The translations under genes and the position numbers were made by a program. The notes beneath the pieces are model-generated. The model made no database searches and was not told the DNA's origin. It was given only the letters and a program-made list of their open reading frames with translations. Source: an uncultured Bacteroidales bacterium (GTDB lineage: Bacteria > Bacteroidota > Bacteroidia > Bacteroidales > UBA10428). From it: DNA of 64,000 nt. The stretch covers positions 15,233 through 79,232 of the forward strand of contig CAZHQW010000006.1 of assembly GCA_964534745.1 (NCBI GenBank). The letters run 5' to 3'. Below, one piece after another: positions 58,927-64,000 of this stretch (its first letter is position 1; every line of letters starts with the position of its first letter).

Positions 58927-59832
58927 ATGGACGGATATAATATAAACCATTTAAGAGAACTTGAGTCGGAATCAATATATGTTATACGCGAGGTGGCATC
59001 GCAATTCGAGCGTCCTGTCCTCCTTTTTTCAGGAGGAAAGGACTCCATAGTCATGTATCACCTGGCAAGGAAGGCATTCTGGCCGGCCAAGGTGCCCTTT
59101 CCCCTTTTGCATATCGATACGGGACATAATTTTCCTGAAACGCTTGAATTCAGGGATAATCTGATGAAAAAGACAGGCGGAACATGCCTTGTCAGGCTTG
59201 TACAGGACACTATTGATCAGGGAAGGGTAATTGAAGAGACAGGCTATGATGCAAGCAGGAATGTCTTGCAGACAGTGACATTGCTCGATGCCATTGAAGA
59301 ACTGAAAATTGATGCTGCCCTGGGTGGCGGACGCCGCGACGAAGAAAAGGCCAGGGCCAAGGAACGGTTCTTTTCCCACAGGGACGAATTCGGACAATGG
59401 GATCCGAAAAACCAGAGACCCGAATTATGGAACATCTTTAACGGACAAAAAAGAATGGGCGAGCATTTCAGGGTTTTTCCACTGAGCAACTGGACAGAAA
59501 TGGATGTCTGGCAATATATCTATATGGACGATGTTGAAATACCAAGCCTGTATTTCACTCACAAGCGTGAAGTATTTTACCGCGACGGCGTGTGGCTGGC
59601 CAAAGCTCCTTTCATGAAACTAAAAAATAAGGAAAAGGCTGAAATAAAAGACGTCAGGTGCCGCACCATAGGCGATATTACCTGTACAGGCCTTACATTA
59701 TCCAGAGCTAACACACTTGAAGATATTATCAAGGAAGTGGCAGCAACCCGCATTACCGAAAGAGGCGGAAGGTATGATGATAAGCGATCCGATGCGGCTA
59801 TGGAAGACAGAAAAAAAGAAGGATATTTCTAA
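58927..59832 (+). CDS. cysD: Sulfate adenylyltransferase subunit 2
   Basis: PP-loop FSGGKDS, LHIDTGHNFPE, GGGRRDEEKARAKERFFS. Confidence 0.93.
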   Translation: MDGYNINHLRELESESIYVIREVASQFERPVLLFSGGKDSIVMYHLARKAFWPAKVPFPLLHIDTGHNFPETLEFRDNLMKKTGGTCLVRLVQDTIDQGRVIEETGYDASRNVLQTVTLLDAIEELKIDAALGGGRRDEEKARAKERFFSHRDEFGQWDPKNQRPELWNIFNGQKRMGEHFRVFPLSNWTEMDVWQYIYMDDVEIPSLYFTHKREVFYRDGVWLAKAPFMKLKNKEKAEIKDVRCRTIGDITCTGLTLSRANTLEDIIKEVAATRITERGGRYDDKRSDAAMEDRKKEGYF

Positions 59833-59900
59833 GAGGGACAGCGTCCCTTCACAATTAATAATTTGCGATTGAGTTTTGACATAAAATTATCCAAATAGAA

Positions 59901-61184
59901 ATGGCCAAATCTGAGAAAGATTACCAGTCCGCTTACCTGAATATGGAACTGCTAAGGTTCACTACCGCAGGAAGTGTTGATGATGGCAAAAGTACTTTAA
60001 TAGGCAGGCTGCTTTATGATAGCAAGGCAATATTCGAAGATCAGCTTGAGGCTCTTGAGAGGGCCAGCATAAACAAGGGCGGGGCACAGGTCAACCTGGC
60101 TTTGCTGACAGACGGACTCAGGGCGGAGAGAGAGCAGGGCATTACTATCGATGTAGCCTACAGGTATTTTGCAACTCCCAAAAGAAAATTTATCATTGCC
60201 GATACGCCGGGTCATGTCCAGTATACAAGGAACATGGTGACCGGAGCCTCCACGGCAAATGCTGCCGTCATACTTATTGATGCCCGCAACGGTGTTGTTG
60301 AGCAGACCATACGGCACTGCTATATAGCATCCCTGCTGCAGATCCCCCATATCATCGTATGCGTGAACAAGATGGATCTTGTTAGTTTCAGCGAGAATGT
60401 GTTTGAAAAGATACAGAAGGATTTTAACAGTTTTTCGGACAGGCTCGATGTTAAAGATGTGCGTTTTGTCCCTATAAGTGCATTAAAAGGAGACAATGTT
60501 GTTGAGCGTTCCACAAATATGAACTGGTATGACGGACCTACGCTGATGTATCTGCTTGAGCATATACATATAAGCAATGATCAGAACTATGTCGATGCCC
60601 GGTTTCCGGTACAGTATGTTATTCGTCCCCAGTCTGATGATTTTCATGATTACCGCGGATATGCAGGAAGAATTGCGGGCGGTGTCTACAGGCCCGGTGA
60701 AAAAGTGATGGTCCTGCCATCCGGACTGACTTCAAAAATAAAGTCAATAGAGAGCATGAATGAGACACTTGAGCTGGCTTTTCCTCCGCAGTCAGTTACC
60801 CTGACTCTCGAGGATGATCTGGATGTGAGCCGCGGCAACATGATAGTCAAAGAGAATAATTTGACCCAGACCGGACAGGATATCACCATGATGATGTGCT
60901 GGCTTAATGAGAAACCGATGAAGCTGGGAGGTAAATACGGACTGAAACATACTACTAATAATACGAGGTGCATTATAAAAGAGGTTAACTACAAAGTAAA
61001 CATAAACACCCTGGCAAAGAATTATGACGACAATGAAATAGGATTGAACGAAATCGGACAGATAACAATAAGGACCACCCAACCGCTGTTATATGATTCA
61101 TACAGGAAAAACAGGATCACCGGAAGCCTTATTCTTATTGAGGAGGGTACGAATGAGACGGTCTGTGCAGGAATGATAATATAA
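59901..61184 (+). CDS. cysN: Sulfate adenylyltransferase subunit 1 (GTPase)
   Basis: G1 GSVDDGKST, G3 DTPGH, G4 NKMD. 427 aa, with no fused APS-kinase domain. Confidence 0.93.
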   Translation: MAKSEKDYQSAYLNMELLRFTTAGSVDDGKSTLIGRLLYDSKAIFEDQLEALERASINKGGAQVNLALLTDGLRAEREQGITIDVAYRYFATPKRKFIIADTPGHVQYTRNMVTGASTANAAVILIDARNGVVEQTIRHCYIASLLQIPHIIVCVNKMDLVSFSENVFEKIQKDFNSFSDRLDVKDVRFVPISALKGDNVVERSTNMNWYDGPTLMYLLEHIHISNDQNYVDARFPVQYVIRPQSDDFHDYRGYAGRIAGGVYRPGEKVMVLPSGLTSKIKSIESMNETLELAFPPQSVTLTLEDDLDVSRGNMIVKENNLTQTGQDITMMMCWLNEKPMKLGGKYGLKHTTNNTRCIIKEVNYKVNINTLAKNYDDNEIGLNEIGQITIRTTQPLLYDSYRKNRITGSLILIEEGTNETVCAGMII

Positions 61185-61222
61185 AGTCCGGTTTTTAACC
61201 CCGGATATTTGCTAAAAAAATA

Positions 61223-61230
61223 TATCTTTG
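61223..61230 (+). promoter_or_regulatory. -7 box (TATCTTTG) upstream of tRNA-Pro
   Basis: Exact TAnnTTTG match 19 nt upstream of the tRNA 5' end. Confidence 0.4.
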
Positions 61231-61248
61231 AACATATTTATTCAACAT

Positions 61249-61323
61249 CGGGATGTAGCTCAGCCTGGTTAGAGTACGCGTCTGGGGGGCGTGGGGCCGC
61301 GAGTTCAAATCTCGCCATCCCGA
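61249..61323 (+). tRNA. tRNA-Pro (anticodon GGG)
   Basis: Hand-folded cloverleaf. Acceptor CGGGATG/CATCCCG, D-arm GCTC-AGCCTGGTTA-GAGT, anticodon arm CGCGT-CTGGGGG-GCGTG (U33, GGG, G37), T-arm GCGAG-TTCAAAT-CTCGC, discriminator A. CCA is not encoded. Confidence 0.85.
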
Positions 61324-61380
61324 CAAAAAGTTATAGTCTAATTCCGGGCAACTGGAAGGGAAAAGCTGGAATATATATAT

Positions 61381-61414
61381 AAAAAAAGGCTGCCTCAAAA
61401 GGGCAGCCTTTTTT
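61381..61414. terminator. Bidirectional Rho-independent terminator
   Basis: A7-AAGGCTGCC-tcaaaag-GGCAGCCTT-T5: a 9-bp perfect stem flanked by an A-run and a T-run, between the + strand tRNA and the convergent - strand gene. Confidence 0.65.
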
Positions 61415-61437
61415 ATGTTTTGTTAAAATACTACTAA

Positions 61438-62424
61438 CTAACGAACTACAATTTTCTGAGTAGTCTCGTTGTTCAGGCTAATAAAGTAAATACCTGCTTT
61501 TAATTCACTAACATCAATAGTTGCGATGTTATTATCCTTAATTGATAATACAGGTTGTCCAGTAACATTGTATATAGTTGCTGAATTAACTTTACCTGTA
61601 ACGTGAAGTAAATTGTCTACTAATGTCGGGTAAACAGAAACACGATTTACTAAATAACTGGGAACATTACTTTCAGGCATTTCACCCAATATTGCAGTGT
61701 TCAGGTACGATTTATTGTCATAGGCAGCATCTGTACCACTGTCATTCAACAATGATAATTGGTTGTCCCTCAAACTTTCGTCTGCGTCACCAATTGCTAC
61801 ATCAAATCCGAATTTCATACCTTCTGCCGGAGCATAAGTCATGGCGAACATATTCCAGGGCATTATTACTTCAATAGCCCATCCAAAACCGGTTGTCACA
61901 GCCATTGCTTCCATTGAGTCTTGATCAGCGGGACCAAATGGTGCAGCTCCCCAATTACCTTTAAACCTTCCGTCAGAGGTTGTTACATATTCATCAGTTA
62001 GCTGAATACGAATCTGACTGAAAAGGCTATCACCGGCGACAGCAGTAACCTCTGCGTCTGCACCCCATGTTCCTTCTTCACCAAAATAGTAAAAGAACTC
62101 GTCGTTGTCCTGTTCCCAGGTGTTTTCACCTGTAGCAAAGTAATTTTCCATATCATCAATCATATCGAGGAACATCAAAAGGCCAAGCTCGCTCCATGCA
62201 ATTTGTATGGTAGCGTCAATGTCTGCTGCATCGGCCCTTGGATCCTGAAAGCTGTAAGGAAATGGTTGAGGATCAATCTCAGCCCAAAGAGCATCGTCAT
62301 TATACCCGTCAACCACAATTGCCTCATGAGTTCCGGGAATCTCAATTGACAAAGCTGAAGGCTGAGCATAAATTGTAACACACATAGCAACAAGTGCTAA
62401 GAGAAGTAGTAAATTTTTCTTCAT
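61438..62424 (-). CDS. Secreted CBM9/DOMON-like carbohydrate-binding-type protein with T9SS C-terminal sorting domain
   Basis: Signal peptide MKKNLLLLLALVAMCVTIYAQ (ATG at 62424; the ORF-track TTG is at 62433). IVVDGYNDDALWAEI...FGFDVAIGDAD pattern resembles CBM9-like modules. CTD VSVYPTLVDNLLHV...GIYFISL at 61441-61641. Confidence 0.55.
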   Translation of the reverse strand: MKKNLLLLLALVAMCVTIYAQPSALSIEIPGTHEAIVVDGYNDDALWAEIDPQPFPYSFQDPRADAADIDATIQIAWSELGLLMFLDMIDDMENYFATGENTWEQDNDEFFYYFGEEGTWGADAEVTAVAGDSLFSQIRIQLTDEYVTTSDGRFKGNWGAAPFGPADQDSMEAMAVTTGFGWAIEVIMPWNMFAMTYAPAEGMKFGFDVAIGDADESLRDNQLSLLNDSGTDAAYDNKSYLNTAILGEMPESNVPSYLVNRVSVYPTLVDNLLHVTGKVNSATIYNVTGQPVLSIKDNNIATIDVSELKAGIYFISLNNETTQKIVVR

Positions 62425-62679
62425 AGTACTCAAATTTAAGGTTAATAAATACTAAAGCTCAAAAAGAAAGTTTAAAAATATAAAAAATATATTAATATAC
62501 AACTGAAATCGCAAGTTATTTTAATGTTCAATAGCCTACTATAAAATATCAGCCAAACACTTTGAAATTTGTTGCATAATTATTATTTATTTGTGCAAAA
62601 TATGTATATGGCTTTCAATATTTCGTTTTTAATATAAAATGCTTATATTGCTGTTTAATTTATAATAAATACTAATAAA

Positions 62680-62895
62680 GTGACTAAAAAAAAGCATGTT
62701 TATAATAGAATTAAAGCTGTTTTGGCTGAAAATCGTAAAACAAATTTGTGGCTATCAGCTGAACTTCGGGTAAACCGGACTACTGTTTCGAAATGGTGTA
62801 CGAATGAAGTTCAACCTTCAATGGAATCATTGTTCAGAATAGCTGATGCATTGAATGTGAATGTCAGGGATTTGCTGGTTTCAAATATGAAATGA
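62680..62895 (+). CDS. XRE-family helix-turn-helix transcriptional regulator
   Basis: 71 aa. NLWLSAELRVNRTTVSKWCTNEVQPSMESLFRIADALNVNVRDLL is a canonical Cro/CI HTH. GTG start. Confidence 0.8.
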   Translation: MTKKKHVYNRIKAVLAENRKTNLWLSAELRVNRTTVSKWCTNEVQPSMESLFRIADALNVNVRDLLVSNMK

Positions 62896-62903
62896 TACGA
62901 ATT

Positions 62904-64000
62904 ATGAATTCAAACATTAACAAAATTAACATTTTATATATTTTCACCTTATTATCTTTTGCTTCATTTGCAAATGAAAATTGCTTTTCTCAACCGGTAA
63001 AAAGAGATTTAATAGAAAAACCAAGCTATTCAACTGGCAAAAGCACGGTGAATAATATAAATAAAAATCTTATTTTTCAGTCATTACCACCGAATTTTGA
63101 ATACAATGGCGTCACATGCATACTTAAGGACTATAAAGGTTATATGTGGTTTGGCTCTATTGACGGATTAATAAGGTATGATGGCGCTAATCTTTATGTA
63201 TATGAAAACGATCCGGACGATTCGACAAGCCTTAGTCACAGCGCTGTTAATGCTCTGGTAGAGGATAAAAACAATAATTTATGGATTGGCACAGCCGGTG
63301 GTTTAAATCTATACAACAGAGATAAGGATAATTTTATTCATGCAGGCAGTATTAATACGGATATAGATCGTTTGAGTGACAGTTATATCAGTGCCCTTTG
63401 TACAGATAAAAAATCGTTACTGTGGGTGGGTACCTTTGACGGAGTAAATATTTATAATCCTGAAAAAAAAACAATTACTCATTTTTCTTATAATGTAAAT
63501 GATCAAAATGCTATCAGCTCGAGCCGAATTACCTGTATAGCTATTGACAGCGAAGATAATATTTGGCTAGGGACACAAAACGGATTAAACTTGTATTCGG
63601 ATAAAATTAAAGGATTCAGGCACTTTTATACGCAACAGGGTAATGAAGAAAGCTTAAGTAATAATAATATAACTTCCCTGGCAGTTGATTTAAATGGAAA
63701 TATATGGGTTGGGACAAGGGGTGGCGGTTTAAACAAGCTGATAAAGAGAAACGGTGATTATTTATTTAAACGATATTGCAGTAATTCCCAGCCAGGTGGC
63801 TTATCGAATAATTTTGTTCTTTCACTAAATGCAGACAACAGGGGCTATCTGTGGATTGGGACTGAAAACGGAGGTTTAAACCGGTTACAGATAAATACCG
63901 GTTTATTCAATGTATTCAAGGTGGAGGAAGGTAATAATCACAGCTTAAGCAGTAATTCTATCTGGGCCCTCTATAGTGATAATGAAGACAGACTATGGAT
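62904..64000 (+). CDS. Two-component-regulator propeller (Reg_prop repeat) sensor protein, N-terminal part; 3' end off-window
   Basis: Not in the ORF track because there is no stop before the window end; I translated it by hand. Signal peptide, then repeated (D/N)xxGxxW(F/I/V)GTxxGL(N/I)x(Y/L) units (YKGYMWFGSIDGLIRY, NNNLWIGTAGGLNLY, KSLLWVGTFDGVNIY, DNIWLGTQNGLNLY, GNIWVGTRGGGLNKL, GYLWIGTENGGLNRL). Confidence 0.75.
   Translation, partial: MNSNINKINILYIFTLLSFASFANENCFSQPVKRDLIEKPSYSTGKSTVNNINKNLIFQSLPPNFEYNGVTCILKDYKGYMWFGSIDGLIRYDGANLYVYENDPDDSTSLSHSAVNALVEDKNNNLWIGTAGGLNLYNRDKDNFIHAGSINTDIDRLSDSYISALCTDKKSLLWVGTFDGVNIYNPEKKTITHFSYNVNDQNAISSSRITCIAIDSEDNIWLGTQNGLNLYSDKIKGFRHFYTQQGNEESLSNNNITSLAVDLNGNIWVGTRGGGLNKLIKRNGDYLFKRYCSNSQPGGLSNNFVLSLNADNRGYLWIGTENGGLNRLQINTGLFNVFKVEEGNNHSLSSNSIWALYSDNEDRLW

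Noticed and set aside
43668-61184. The idea that the ASST-like enzymes directly consume the PAPS made by the neighbouring cysCDN operon.
   Set aside because: Characterised ASSTs are PAPS-independent. These proteins carry T9SS export signals, so they act outside the cytoplasm, where PAPS is unavailable. Only an indirect metabolic link remains plausible, and that is reported separately as a finding.
61186-61210. A possible terminator hairpin after cysN (TCCGG-N9-CCGGA followed by TATTT).
   Set aside because: The stem is only 5 bp, the loop is 9 nt and the T-tract is poor. This is too weak to call.
61195-61398. A 67-aa minus-strand ORF between cysN and the T9SS CBM9-like gene.
   Set aside because: It overlaps the hand-folded tRNA-Pro and the terminator hairpin. 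The tRNA explains the sequence conservation pattern better.

Overview
The window reads as a chromosomal segment of a Bacteroidota genome. The supporting evidence is two SusC/SusD pairs, four proteins ending in type IX secretion (T9SS) C-terminal sorting domains, TAnnTTTG '-7' promoter boxes, a V-type ATPase operon containing a DUF2764-like gene, and the bamD-rpoZ-coaBC-recN synteny block. I found no transposase, integrase, CRISPR array or rRNA.

Layout:
- 1-37.4 kb is mostly housekeeping. It carries two different phosphate transporters flanking a small cluster of secreted hypothetical proteins (including an ankyrin-repeat/beta-barrel fusion), a 7-gene V-type ATPase operon whose K subunit has a Na+-binding signature, ornithine carbamoyltransferase, ftsK-lolA, a PgpH-like 7TM-HD protein, trxB, an alpha-oxoamine synthase, bamD-rpoZ-coaBC-recN, and a YfcC transporter next to glutamate formimidoyltransferase.
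- 37.7-58.3 kb is the accessory part, made of two SusC/SusD loci without any recognisable CAZyme or cognate regulator. Locus 1 carries two tandem, translationally coupled arylsulfate-sulfotransferase (ASST)-like beta-propeller paralogs with T9SS sorting domains. Locus 2 carries two small lipoproteins and a large BNR/sortilin-like propeller with a T9SS sorting domain.
- 58.3-61.2 kb follows immediately with a cysC-cysD-cysN (PAPS-forming) operon that lacks reduction genes.
- The window ends with tRNA-Pro(GGG), a CBM9/DOMON-like T9SS protein, a small XRE regulator and the N-terminus of a Reg_prop sensor.

The most unusual candidate system is the ASST-like SusC/D locus and its sulfur-themed neighbourhood. 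All functional calls rest on motif recognition by eye. No HMM, BLAST or folding calculation could be run.
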